Origin: Demequinaceae bacterium
GTDB lineage: Bacteria; Actinomycetota; Actinomycetes; Actinomycetales; Demequinaceae
Assembly: GCA_965250005.1 (NCBI GenBank)
Contig: OZ252279.1
Coordinates: 660,001 to 692,000 of the forward strand
DNA length: 32,000 nt
Direction of reading: 5' to 3'
The translations under genes were made by a program, and so were the position numbers. The notes beneath the pieces are model-generated. The model had not been told where the DNA came from. It saw only the letters and a list, made by a program, of their open reading frames with translations, and did no database searches. Each line of letters begins with the position of its first letter. Position 1 is the stretch's first letter. Below are positions 1-7,771 of this stretch, in pieces.

Positions 1-283
1 CCTTTGCGGTAATAGTGCCAACCTCGACGTGCGAGAAGCCGATCGCGCTGAGCCCGCGCACCGCGGTTGCGTTCTTATCCAACCCTGCCGCTAGACCCAG
101 CGGCCCAGGGAATGTGATCCCCATGGCTTCCACCGCGCCACTGGGGTCAGGGCGCGGATAGAGGCCGGTGGCGCGAGCCAAGCGAGCGGTCCAGCCCCCC
201 CAGCGGATTGCCGCCAACCCTGCAGCGTGCGCGGTCTCAGGGTCGAGACGGCATATCACCACGCGAAAGAAGAGTGCGTACAC
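1..283 (-). CDS. pyrD: Dihydroorotate dehydrogenase (quinone), class 2. Only the 5' part is present; the gene runs off the left edge.
   Basis: This ORF is absent from the ORF track because it has no stop in the window. Manual minus-strand translation from GTG at 283 gives MYALFFRVVICRLDPETAHAAGLAAIRW...VEAMGITFPGPLGLAAGLDKNATAVRGLSAIGFSHVEVGTITAK. This matches the class-2 PyrD N-terminus (E. coli MYYPFVRKALFQLDPERAH...MGLTFKNPLGLAAGLDKDG...GFGSIEIGTVTPRPQ). An in-frame TAG lies just upstream of the GTG. Confidence 0.85.
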   Translation of the reverse strand, partial: MYALFFRVVICRLDPETAHAAGLAAIRWGGWTARLARATGLYPRPDPSGAVEAMGITFPGPLGLAAGLDKNATAVRGLSAIGFSHVEVGTITAK

Positions 284-315
284 GCACTCAAACTATCGCT
301 AGATACCATCGGGGC

Positions 316-1764
316 ATGACGTCTCTCAATGCAACGGACCTGGACCTGGCCACCATCGAAGCCGACGCGCTCATCTTGGGTGTGATCGGCGACGGCGAGG
401 TCACCGCGCACGCGCAGCTTTCCGAGGAGGTGCGCGCCGCAATCGCCGCAACTGCCGCGTCCCTCGACCCGAGCTCAAAAGTGGGTGCGGTCACTGTCCT
501 CCCTCACGACAAGGTTGCCTCCAAGCGGGTCGTTCTCGTGGGATTGGGCGAAGGCCATGACGGCGACCTGCGCGAGGCCGCCGGATCTGCCGCGCGTTCG
601 TGCGGCAAGAAGCCCTCCCTCGTAGCCGTCGGACTGCCCGGCCTGACGGATAGCGCGCAGTCCGCAACCGCCGAGGGGGCCGTGCTCGGCGCCTACTTCT
701 TCAACGACTATAAGTCCGACGAGGTCGAAGCCGCATACCAAGGCGCCGAATGGCTCATTGCCGGCGCATCGGATGTGGCGATAGCGGCGGCCAAGACTGT
801 CGCAGGAGCTGTTGCTGGTGCGCGCGACCTGGTGAACACGGCACCGCTCGACCTCTACCCCGCCACGTTCGCCGAGGCGGCCGTGGGGCTCGGCGTGGCC
901 GGCAACGTGGACGTCCGGGTGTGGGAGCCACAGGATTTGGCGAACGAAGGCTTCGGCGGAATCCTCGCCGTCGGCATGGGTTCCTCCCGGTTGCCCCGCT
1001 TGGTCCGCATCGAGTGGAAACCCGAGGGCGCCAAGCAGACCGTGGCGCTGGTGGGCAAGGGCATCACATTCGACTCGGGCGGCCTCTCGCTCAAGCCGCC
1101 GCAGTCCATGGAGACCATGAAGTCAGACATGGCTGGCGCCGCCGCTGTCATGCACATCGTCCTCGCGGCCGCGCGTTCCGAGCTCAAGATTGGCGTGACC
1201 GGCTGGCTGTGCTTGGCGGAGAATCTGCCGTCGGCCACCGCCCAGCGACCAAGCGACGTCATTCGCATTTACGGCGGCAAGTCCGTTGAGGTCCTCAATA
1301 CCGATGCCGAGGGCCGCCTGGTACTCGCAGACGGGCTCGTCCGCGCGTGCGAAGAGAAGCCGAGCATGGTGATCGATATCGCGACACTCACGGGCGCGCA
1401 AGGCATAGCACTCGGATCGCGGACCTCAGGCGTGATGGGCACCCCCAACGAGCGGGCCGAAATGGTCGCAGCAGCCGACGAGGTAGACGAGCCGATGTGG
1501 GCCATGCCGCTGCCCGAGTACCTACTCGAGACCGTGAAGTCCAAGCTCGCGGACCTGAAAAACATCGGGGAGCGCAGTATGGCAGGAATGTTGAGCGCTG
1601 GAGTGTTCCTTGGCGAGTTCGTCGGGGACACGCCGTGGGTCCACATGGACATCGCACGGCCATCGTTTAATGAGGGTAAGCCCTTCGGATTCACGCCAGC
1701 CGGCGGAACGGGTGCCGCCGTGCGGACCGTGCTGCGGTTCCTCGAGAAGCGCGCCGGAGCCTAG
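316..1764 (+). CDS. pepA: Leucyl aminopeptidase (M17 family)
   Basis: M17 signatures VGKGITFDSGGLSLKP and NTDAEGRLVLADGL are present. I chose the ATG at 316 (MTSLNATDLDL...) because the TTG at 208 in the track would overlap the divergent pyrD start. Confidence 0.93.
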   Translation: MTSLNATDLDLATIEADALILGVIGDGEVTAHAQLSEEVRAAIAATAASLDPSSKVGAVTVLPHDKVASKRVVLVGLGEGHDGDLREAAGSAARSCGKKPSLVAVGLPGLTDSAQSATAEGAVLGAYFFNDYKSDEVEAAYQGAEWLIAGASDVAIAAAKTVAGAVAGARDLVNTAPLDLYPATFAEAAVGLGVAGNVDVRVWEPQDLANEGFGGILAVGMGSSRLPRLVRIEWKPEGAKQTVALVGKGITFDSGGLSLKPPQSMETMKSDMAGAAAVMHIVLAAARSELKIGVTGWLCLAENLPSATAQRPSDVIRIYGGKSVEVLNTDAEGRLVLADGLVRACEEKPSMVIDIATLTGAQGIALGSRTSGVMGTPNERAEMVAAADEVDEPMWAMPLPEYLLETVKSKLADLKNIGERSMAGMLSAGVFLGEFVGDTPWVHMDIARPSFNEGKPFGFTPAGGTGAAVRTVLRFLEKRAGA

Positions 1765-1796
1765 AGCGCCCGCGCGCTGCAGTCACCAACTACGGT

Positions 1797-2180
1797 CTAC
1801 CAGCTGCCGGATTCGCGCTTCTTGCGCACCGCGTCCGACGCGTCAGTCTGCTTTTTCCGTTGAGCCGCGCTCCATTCGCGCATGCGCGACGGGTACCCGC
1901 TCAGGTTCACGTCGTAGGCGGCGATGCCAAGCTCGCGTGCCAGTTTCTGAGCGGATTTTGCGTCAGGAACGCGGCGCCTCGTCCACTCTCCCGTTCCGCC
2001 CACCACGACCATCGTGGTCTGCGTGACGCGGGTGGCGGGTTCAATGAACGCCTCGCACCCCTCGCGGCCCGTCACAAACTCCTTGAGATAGTTAGTGGTT
2101 TCCGACTGGGCGGACTTACTGCCCTCGACAACGCCACGCCTCGGATCGGATGATTTGCCTTTGCGCGAGAAGATCCCCAT
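1797..2180 (-). CDS. Conserved hypothetical protein (127 aa, basic termini)
   Basis: Intact ORF with codon usage like its neighbours (G/C-rich third positions), filling the gap between pepA and lpdA. The core EFV-GREG-EAFIEP...GEWTRRRV resembles small conserved actinobacterial proteins I recall. No function can be assigned. Confidence 0.7.
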   Translation of the reverse strand: MGIFSRKGKSSDPRRGVVEGSKSAQSETTNYLKEFVTGREGCEAFIEPATRVTQTTMVVVGGTGEWTRRRVPDAKSAQKLARELGIAAYDVNLSGYPSRMREWSAAQRKKQTDASDAVRKKRESGSW

Positions 2181-2269
2181 GTGGACAGCGTAAGCGCCCC
2201 ACGCGGTTCGTGTCTGTAGGAGGAAGGTGACAAGATGTACAGACCACTTCCTTACAAGGAGAATTCATA

Positions 2270-3655
2270 GTGACCGAGTCCACCCTTAACTCGTTTGACG
2301 TACTTATTCTTGGCGGAGGTAGCGGCGGTTATGCGACCGCTCTGCGCGCCTCCCAGTTGGGCATGACTGTAGGCCTGGTCGAGGAATCGAAGCTCGGAGG
2401 CACATGCCTTCACAACGGGTGCATCCCCACCAAGGCGCTGCTTCATGCGGCCGAGGTGGCAGACGTCGCCCGCGATGGCGAAAAGTACGGAGTTCAAACC
2501 ACGCTCGGCGGCATCGACATGGCCGGCGTGAACTCCTACAAGCAAGGCGTGGTTGACCGCCTCTACAAGGGTCTGCAGGGACTCGTCAAGTCCCGCAACG
2601 TGACCATGATCGAAGGGCACGGCACTCTGGCTGGCCCTGACTCCATCGACGTGAACGGCACGCGCTACACGGGCAAGAATATCGTGCTCGCCACTGGCTC
2701 GTACTCGCGCTCGCTCCCCGGCCTGGATATCGGCGGCAAGGTAGTGACCTCCGACGAGGCGCTTGAAATGGACCACGTCCCCGCATCTGTCGTGGTGCTC
2801 GGCGGCGGCGTTATCGGCGTGGAGTTTGCATCCGTGTGGACCTCGTTCGGCGCGAAGGTCACCATCGTTGAGGCCCTGCCTCACCTAGTTCCCAACGAAG
2901 ACGAGGCACTGAGCAAGGGCCTCGAACGCGCATTCAAGAAGCGCGGTATCGACTTCAAGCTGGGCGTGCGCTTCGCGGGCGTCGAGCAGTCCGACGCGGG
3001 CGTGAAGGTCGCTCTTGAGGACGGCACATCGCTGGACGCGGACATGCTGTTGGTGGCCGTCGGCCGCGGGGCGCGCACCGCAGACATGGGGTTCGAAGCG
3101 CAGGGAGTCCGCGTGGACCGCGGGTTCGTGTTGACAGACGAGCGCCTCCACACCGGCGTGGCAAACATCTACGCCGTCGGGGACATCGTTCCCGGCCTCC
3201 AGCTCGCGCATCGCGGCTTCCAGCAGGGCATCTTCGTAGCCGAGCAAATTGCCGGCCTCAGGCCCGCGTCGATCATCGAGAACCACATCCCGCGGGTCAC
3301 CTACTGCGAGCCCGAGGTCGCGTCCGTCGGCGTTACCGAGGCCCAGGCGAAGGAGCAGTACGGCGAGGCTGCGATTGCTACCGTCGACTACAATCTTGGC
3401 GGCAACGGCAAGAGCCAGATCCTCGGCACCGCTGGATTCATCAAGCTCGTGCGGGTAATCGACGGCCCAGTCGTTGGAGTCCACATGCTTGGTTCGCGCG
3501 TAGGCGAACAGATTGGCGAGGCTCAGCTCATCGTAAGTTGGGACGCACATCCGGAAGACGTGGCCGCCCTGGTCCACGCCCACCCCACGCAGAACGAGGC
3601 TCTCGGGGAGGCGCACCTCGCGCTCGCCGGTAAGCCCCTTCACGCACACAACTAG
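2270..3655 (+). CDS. lpdA: Dihydrolipoyl dehydrogenase (E3)
   Basis: FAD-binding motif GGGSGGY, redox-active disulfide motif GGTCLHNGCIPTKALL and C-terminal HAHPT interface motif are present. GTG start at 2270 is preceded by AAGGAGAA at 2256-2263. Confidence 0.95.
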   Translation: MTESTLNSFDVLILGGGSGGYATALRASQLGMTVGLVEESKLGGTCLHNGCIPTKALLHAAEVADVARDGEKYGVQTTLGGIDMAGVNSYKQGVVDRLYKGLQGLVKSRNVTMIEGHGTLAGPDSIDVNGTRYTGKNIVLATGSYSRSLPGLDIGGKVVTSDEALEMDHVPASVVVLGGGVIGVEFASVWTSFGAKVTIVEALPHLVPNEDEALSKGLERAFKKRGIDFKLGVRFAGVEQSDAGVKVALEDGTSLDADMLLVAVGRGARTADMGFEAQGVRVDRGFVLTDERLHTGVANIYAVGDIVPGLQLAHRGFQQGIFVAEQIAGLRPASIIENHIPRVTYCEPEVASVGVTEAQAKEQYGEAAIATVDYNLGGNGKSQILGTAGFIKLVRVIDGPVVGVHMLGSRVGEQIGEAQLIVSWDAHPEDVAALVHAHPTQNEALGEAHLALAGKPLHAHN

Positions 3656-3675
3656 TTTCGGGGAGAATGCAAGAC

Positions 3676-5439
3676 ATGGCACAAGACGTCACTCTTCCGG
3701 CACTCGGTGAATCCGTCACCGAGGGCACCGTTACCCGTTGGCTCAAGAACGTGGGCGACGACGTCGCCATGGACGAGCCATTGGTGGAGATTTCCACCGA
3801 CAAGGTGGACACGGAGATTCCGTCGCCGTTCGCGGGCAAGCTCACCGAGATCGTAGTCAAGGAGGATGAGACGGTCGATGTTGGCGCCGTTCTCGCGCGC
3901 ATCGGTGGCGATGGCGAGTCTGCACCCTCTGCGGCCGCGGCTGAGCCCGTAGCGGCTCCCGAACCCGCAGCGGCTCCCGAACCCGTCGCCGTCGAGACTG
4001 CCCCCGCGCCTGCTGCCGCGACCCCCGAACCGGTAGCGGCTCCCGAACAAGCAGCAGCCCCCGCCGCCGGTGGCGACACCCAGGACGTGATCCTTCCTGC
4101 GCTAGGCGAGTCCGTCACCGAGGGCACCGTTACCCGTTGGCTCAAGAACGTGGGCGACGACGTCGCCATGGACGAGCCATTGGTGGAGATTTCCACCGAC
4201 AAGGTCGACACGGAGATCCCCTCGCCGTTCGCTGGCACGCTAGCCGAGGTGCTCGTGGCCGAGGACCAGACCGTAGACGTTGGAACCGTGCTTGCCCGCT
4301 TGAGCGGAGCAGGCGGAACCGCCGCTGCCGCGCCCGTGGCAGCAGCTACTCCCGCACCAGTTGCGGCGCCTGAATCGACGCCCGAGCCCACGCCAGCTCC
4401 GACTCCTGCTCCCGCCGCGCATGCGTCCGCGATCACTCCAGCCGCTCCAGCGGCTACTTCCGTACCCGTTGCCGCCGCACCTGTTCCCACCGTACCCGTT
4501 GCCGCCGCACTCGCCGCTGCAACGCCGTCGTCCTTATCCTCGGCACCCACGTCTGGCTATGTGACTCCTCTGGTTCGCAACCTGGCCCAGGAGCGCGACG
4601 TGAACCTCGCGACCGTCGTCGGCACTGGGGTTGGCGGGCGCATCCGCAAGGAAGACGTACTCGCAGCCGAGCCCTCGACCGGTGGTGCTCCCGCAGCAGC
4701 CGTGAGCGGAGCGATCTCTGAGCTTCGCGGCACGACAGTCAAGATGACCAAACTGCGCAAACTGGTCGCCAAGCGCATGGTCGAGTCGTTGCAGACGCAG
4801 GCTCAGCTCACCACCGTTATCGAGGTAGACGTAACCCGTGTCTGGGCCATGCGCGCCAAGGCGAAAGTTGCGTTCCAAGAGCGCGAGGGCGCCAAGCTCA
4901 CGTTCCTGCCGTTCTTCACCAAGGCCGTCGCGGAGGCGCTGCAGGAGCACGCGTTCCTCAACGCCTCGATCGTCGACGACACGATTGTCTACCATCCGTC
5001 CGTGAACCTCGGAATCGCCGTTGACACGCCCAAGGGCCTCATGGTTCCCGTGATCAAGGATGCGGAATCGAAGTCGCTCGCGGATCACGCCCGCGAGATC
5101 GCGGATCTGGCCGAGCGCTCTCGCACCGGCAAGATCACGGTGGACGAGCTCTCAGGCACGACGTTCTCCATCACCAACACGGGTTCGGGCGGAACGCTTT
5201 TCGACACACCTGTGGTCGCCTCACCACAAGTTGGCATCCTCGCAACACCAGTGATCGAGAAGCGACCCGTCGTCATCGCTGGGCCGGACGGCGGAGACGT
5301 CATCGCCGTACGCCCGATGATCTACCTGCCACTGTCGTATGACCACCGCCTGGTTGATGGAGCCGACGCCGCTCGCTTCCTGCAGACGGTCAAGAAGCGC
5401 ATTGAAGAGGGCGCGTTCAAATCGGAGCTTGGCCTCTAA
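3676..5439 (+). CDS. sucB: Dihydrolipoamide acyl(succinyl)transferase E2 with two lipoyl domains, a peripheral subunit-binding domain and a catalytic domain
   Basis: Two lipoyl domains carry the lipoyl-lysine motif (EISTDKVDTEIPSP twice). They are joined by Ala/Pro linkers, followed by a PSBD (VTPLVRNLAQERDVNLATVVGTGVGGRIRKEDV) and a catalytic DHRLVDG motif. The ATG at 3676 has better spacing to GGGAGA (3661-3666) than the track start at 3667; either is possible. Confidence 0.95.
   Translation: MAQDVTLPALGESVTEGTVTRWLKNVGDDVAMDEPLVEISTDKVDTEIPSPFAGKLTEIVVKEDETVDVGAVLARIGGDGESAPSAAAAEPVAAPEPAAAPEPVAVETAPAPAAATPEPVAAPEQAAAPAAGGDTQDVILPALGESVTEGTVTRWLKNVGDDVAMDEPLVEISTDKVDTEIPSPFAGTLAEVLVAEDQTVDVGTVLARLSGAGGTAAAAPVAAATPAPVAAPESTPEPTPAPTPAPAAHASAITPAAPAATSVPVAAAPVPTVPVAAALAAATPSSLSSAPTSGYVTPLVRNLAQERDVNLATVVGTGVGGRIRKEDVLAAEPSTGGAPAAAVSGAISELRGTTVKMTKLRKLVAKRMVESLQTQAQLTTVIEVDVTRVWAMRAKAKVAFQEREGAKLTFLPFFTKAVAEALQEHAFLNASIVDDTIVYHPSVNLGIAVDTPKGLMVPVIKDAESKSLADHAREIADLAERSRTGKITVDELSGTTFSITNTGSGGTLFDTPVVASPQVGILATPVIEKRPVVIAGPDGGDVIAVRPMIYLPLSYDHRLVDGADAARFLQTVKKRIEEGAFKSELGL
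3712..3806 (+). repeat. Intragenic direct repeat, copy 1 (lipoyl domain 1 core)
   Basis: A 95-nt stretch is identical base for base to 4111-4205, 399 nt downstream in the same frame. The flanks are clearly more diverged. Confidence 0.9.
4111..4205 (+). repeat. Intragenic direct repeat, copy 2 (lipoyl domain 2 core)
   Basis: Identical to 3712-3806. Similarity continues about 35 nt further with a few mismatches. Confidence 0.9.
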
Positions 5440-5443
5440 CTCA

Positions 5444-6358
5444 ATGCGCTACGTCGTCGCCGGTTCAAGCGGACTCATCGGTACCGCCCTCGTCGTGTCA
5501 CTGCGCGCCGACGGTCACGAGGTCACACGCATGGTTCGCCGTCCAGCGGTGAAAGAAGACGAATCTACGTGGGACCCCAAAAACGGCTTCGTGGACGAGG
5601 CTGTTGTCTCGAGCGCCGACGTGGTCGTCAATCTCGCGGGTGCTTCCATCGGCGCGAAGCGGCTAACCGCTCAGTACGCGCACACCGTACTCGAGTCGCG
5701 GGTCCTCACTTCGAGTCTGCTTGCCCGCACCGTCGCGCTAGCCGGTCAGAAGACTCGATTGATCCAGGCGTCTTCCATGGGCTACTACGGCGACGGGATC
5801 GGCCGCAAACTGACCGAGCGGTCTCGCGCCGGAAACACCCTTCTGTCTGGAATCACGCAAGAGTGGGAAAAATCTGCGCAAGAGGCGGCGTTGACTCGTG
5901 TGCCCTTGGTCTTGATGCGCACCGGGCTGGTCCTCGCCCCCACCGGCGGATTCGCCGCGCGGCTGCTTCCGTTGATCAGGACGGGGCTACTCAAGTCCCT
6001 GGGAAGTGGTGCGCAGTGGCAATCATGGATCACCCTCCATGACACGGTGCGAGCGATCCGGTTTCTGGCGGAGAGCGATTACGCCGGTGTCGCGAACATT
6101 TGTGCCCCCCAACCCGTCCGCAACGAAGAACTGGTGCGCGCTCTTGCTGAGGCCGCAGGGCGACCGCATCTGATGCGGGTCCCGGCGGGCTTGTTGCAAC
6201 TTACGCAGGGGCCTGCTGTCGACGACATCCTGGCTTCACAGCGCGGTGTCCCCGGGGTCCTGACTCGGCTGGGATTCTCGTGGGACCACCCCACGATTTC
6301 TAAAGCGGCCGCGTGGGTCATGAAACAACCCCGACACGCTCGACCAGCCACCCCGTAG
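5444..6358 (+). CDS. TIGR01777 / YfcH-type NAD-dependent epimerase family protein (SDR fold with DUF1731-type C-terminus)
   Basis: The N-terminus is MRYVVAGSSGLIGTALVVSLRADGHEVTRMVRR (Rossmann GxxGxxG). Its position after sucB matches Rv2216 as I recall it. I chose the ATG at 5444 because the track start at 5339 overlaps the sucB 3' end. Confidence 0.85.
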   Translation: MRYVVAGSSGLIGTALVVSLRADGHEVTRMVRRPAVKEDESTWDPKNGFVDEAVVSSADVVVNLAGASIGAKRLTAQYAHTVLESRVLTSSLLARTVALAGQKTRLIQASSMGYYGDGIGRKLTERSRAGNTLLSGITQEWEKSAQEAALTRVPLVLMRTGLVLAPTGGFAARLLPLIRTGLLKSLGSGAQWQSWITLHDTVRAIRFLAESDYAGVANICAPQPVRNEELVRALAEAAGRPHLMRVPAGLLQLTQGPAVDDILASQRGVPGVLTRLGFSWDHPTISKAAAWVMKQPRHARPATP

Positions 6359-7562
6359 GGCTCCACCGAAGATCCAACTCCGCCTTCTGCTGGACCTGCG
6401 CGACCTGTGTTGCCGCCTCGCCATCCCACCGCGTGTGCCGTGACAACTCGTACGTGACGACGACCGTCGCGCGCCTTCCAGCCTCGGAGAGCACCTCCAC
6501 CTCAGCAACAGTCACGGCAAGTCCGTCAAATTGGACCGCGCCAGTCGCGAGCGACTCAATGAGCGCTGTGTCCGCGTCACGCGCCGCGGAGCCCTCGGCG
6601 GTGGTGGCCGCCAACGCCAACGAATCACCTCGCGCAATTGCGTCTATTCGGGCGATGGTCACGGACCTCGCCGCTTGGTCCACAGGGGTCGCCACTTTTC
6701 CGATGCCCATCGGCCCCGGCGGGTCGGCATTTGGCTGGGGCGGCGGCGTCAGCCACGAGACGAGAGAGAGAAGGGCCACTATGGCAATCGCCGCCACGGC
6801 ACCAATCAAGCTCCATTTCAGAATTCGGGTGAGCATTCTTCGTAGGCGCCAACCGCGCGCCGCGGCATCCTTCAACGTCACTTGAGCGACAACGGCGGAG
6901 GCCCGCACCCGCATGTCAGCGGCAATGCCCAACTGGGGGACGGCCACCGGAACGGGTTCTGCGCAACTGAGCAGGGCGACCGCCACCATGCTGGCTGCGG
7001 GCCGTTGCGCCGGGTCTGCCGAAATCAGCGGCTCTGCCCAAGCCCCGACTCGATCAGCAGCGGGTTGGTCCGCGAGGGCGATCAGGAGCTTACCGAGCGA
7101 GTAGACGTCGGCTGCCGGCGTGGCACCAACCGCGCGCTCTGGGGCGAAGAAGCCGGGCGTCCCTCGCTCGCTAGTGGATCCGAGAACATCGACAAGGATT
7201 GCGCCGCGCCTGCCGACCATCACGTTGGACGGGGACACGTCCCCGTGGCTGAGTCCATGGCTGTGGAGAGCGGTGAGCGCGTCGGCGACCTCGATACCAA
7301 GCGCGACGCACTCCCCTGCCGTCAGCAATCCGCGAGCACGCACGAGGGCGCCCGCATCCATGCCATCTACACGTTCCATCGCAGAAACGACGCTGCCATC
7401 CGATTCCATGCGCACAAAGGTGGGCGCGGGTACTCGCGGGTGCGACAGGTCCGCGATTGCTCGTGCCCGCGCTTGCGCACGAGCGAGGTCTGAGGCACCC
7501 TGGCCCACGACCCGGAGCACGCCGCCAAGCGCGGCCGGTGCCAGCAACCCGTTGCGATCCAT
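6318..7562 (-). CDS. Membrane-anchored Ser/Thr-kinase-like protein, predicted pseudokinase, with a C-terminal extracytoplasmic domain
   Basis: Hanks C-lobe motifs are retained (GTPGFFAPE, DVYSLGKLL, DPAQRP). The catalytic loop reads HGDVSPSN rather than HRDxKPxN, and DFG reads DVLG. There is no Gly-rich loop and no Lys in the first 157 residues. One TM helix (WSLIGAVAAIAIVALLSLVSWL) is followed by about 140 aa outside the membrane. Confidence 0.8.
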   Translation of the reverse strand: MDRNGLLAPAALGGVLRVVGQGASDLARAQARARAIADLSHPRVPAPTFVRMESDGSVVSAMERVDGMDAGALVRARGLLTAGECVALGIEVADALTALHSHGLSHGDVSPSNVMVGRRGAILVDVLGSTSERGTPGFFAPERAVGATPAADVYSLGKLLIALADQPAADRVGAWAEPLISADPAQRPAASMVAVALLSCAEPVPVAVPQLGIAADMRVRASAVVAQVTLKDAAARGWRLRRMLTRILKWSLIGAVAAIAIVALLSLVSWLTPPPQPNADPPGPMGIGKVATPVDQAARSVTIARIDAIARGDSLALAATTAEGSAARDADTALIESLATGAVQFDGLAVTVAEVEVLSEAGRRATVVVTYELSRHTRWDGEAATQVAQVQQKAELDLRWSPTGWLVERVGVVS

Positions 7563-7666
7563 CCCTCAAGACAAGCAAGTTTCACCGACGCGTGGCGGTT
7601 CTCCACAGGACGAACCGCGTGGCGGCGGGAAGTTGCGGCGTGCGCGGGAAGTCGCGGTCGGGGAGC

Positions 7667-7696
7667 GGGACCTTCGTCCCGTGGGACACAAGTCCC
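7667..7696. promoter_or_regulatory. Tandem 14-bp palindromes GGGAC-N4-GTCCC (two copies), candidate operator or alternative hairpins
   Basis: gggac-cttc-gtccc (7667-7680) and gggac-acaa-gtccc (7683-7696) are separated by 2 nt. They lie in the divergent intergenic region between the kinase-like gene and the 7772 membrane-protein gene. Confidence 0.3.
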
Positions 7697-7771
7697 TTAC
7701 CGTGCGTAACTTGGAGAGCGAAGATTGAAACAAGGTAGGCGAGGCTTACCAAACGAAAGAGGAGGAACAAA

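Noticed and set aside
208-315. N-terminal extension of pepA from the TTG at 208, as given in the ORF track
   Set aside because: It overlaps the well-supported divergent pyrD N-terminus (start 283). The extension peptide (MPPTLQRARSQGRDGISPRERRVRTRTQ...) is Arg-rich and non-protein-like. The ATG at 316 gives a normal PepA N-terminus.
3528-4550. 340-aa minus-strand ORF rich in Ala, Gly, Ser and Thr, antisense to sucB
   Set aside because: It is a shadow ORF created by the Ala/Pro-rich linkers and the duplicated lipoyl domains on the plus strand. Its internal repeat simply mirrors the sucB duplication, and the plus-strand product has unmistakable E2 motifs.
7667-7696. Tandem hairpins considered as a guanidine-II (mini-ykkC) riboswitch, and the upstream GGCGGGA...GCGGGAAG stretch considered as a guanidine-I (ykkC) riboswitch
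   Set aside because: The mini-ykkC motif needs ACGR tetraloops, but the loops here are CTTC/ACAA (GAAG/TTGT on the other strand). The conserved ykkC elements I remember (CTAGGGTTCCG, GGTCCGAGAG) are absent.
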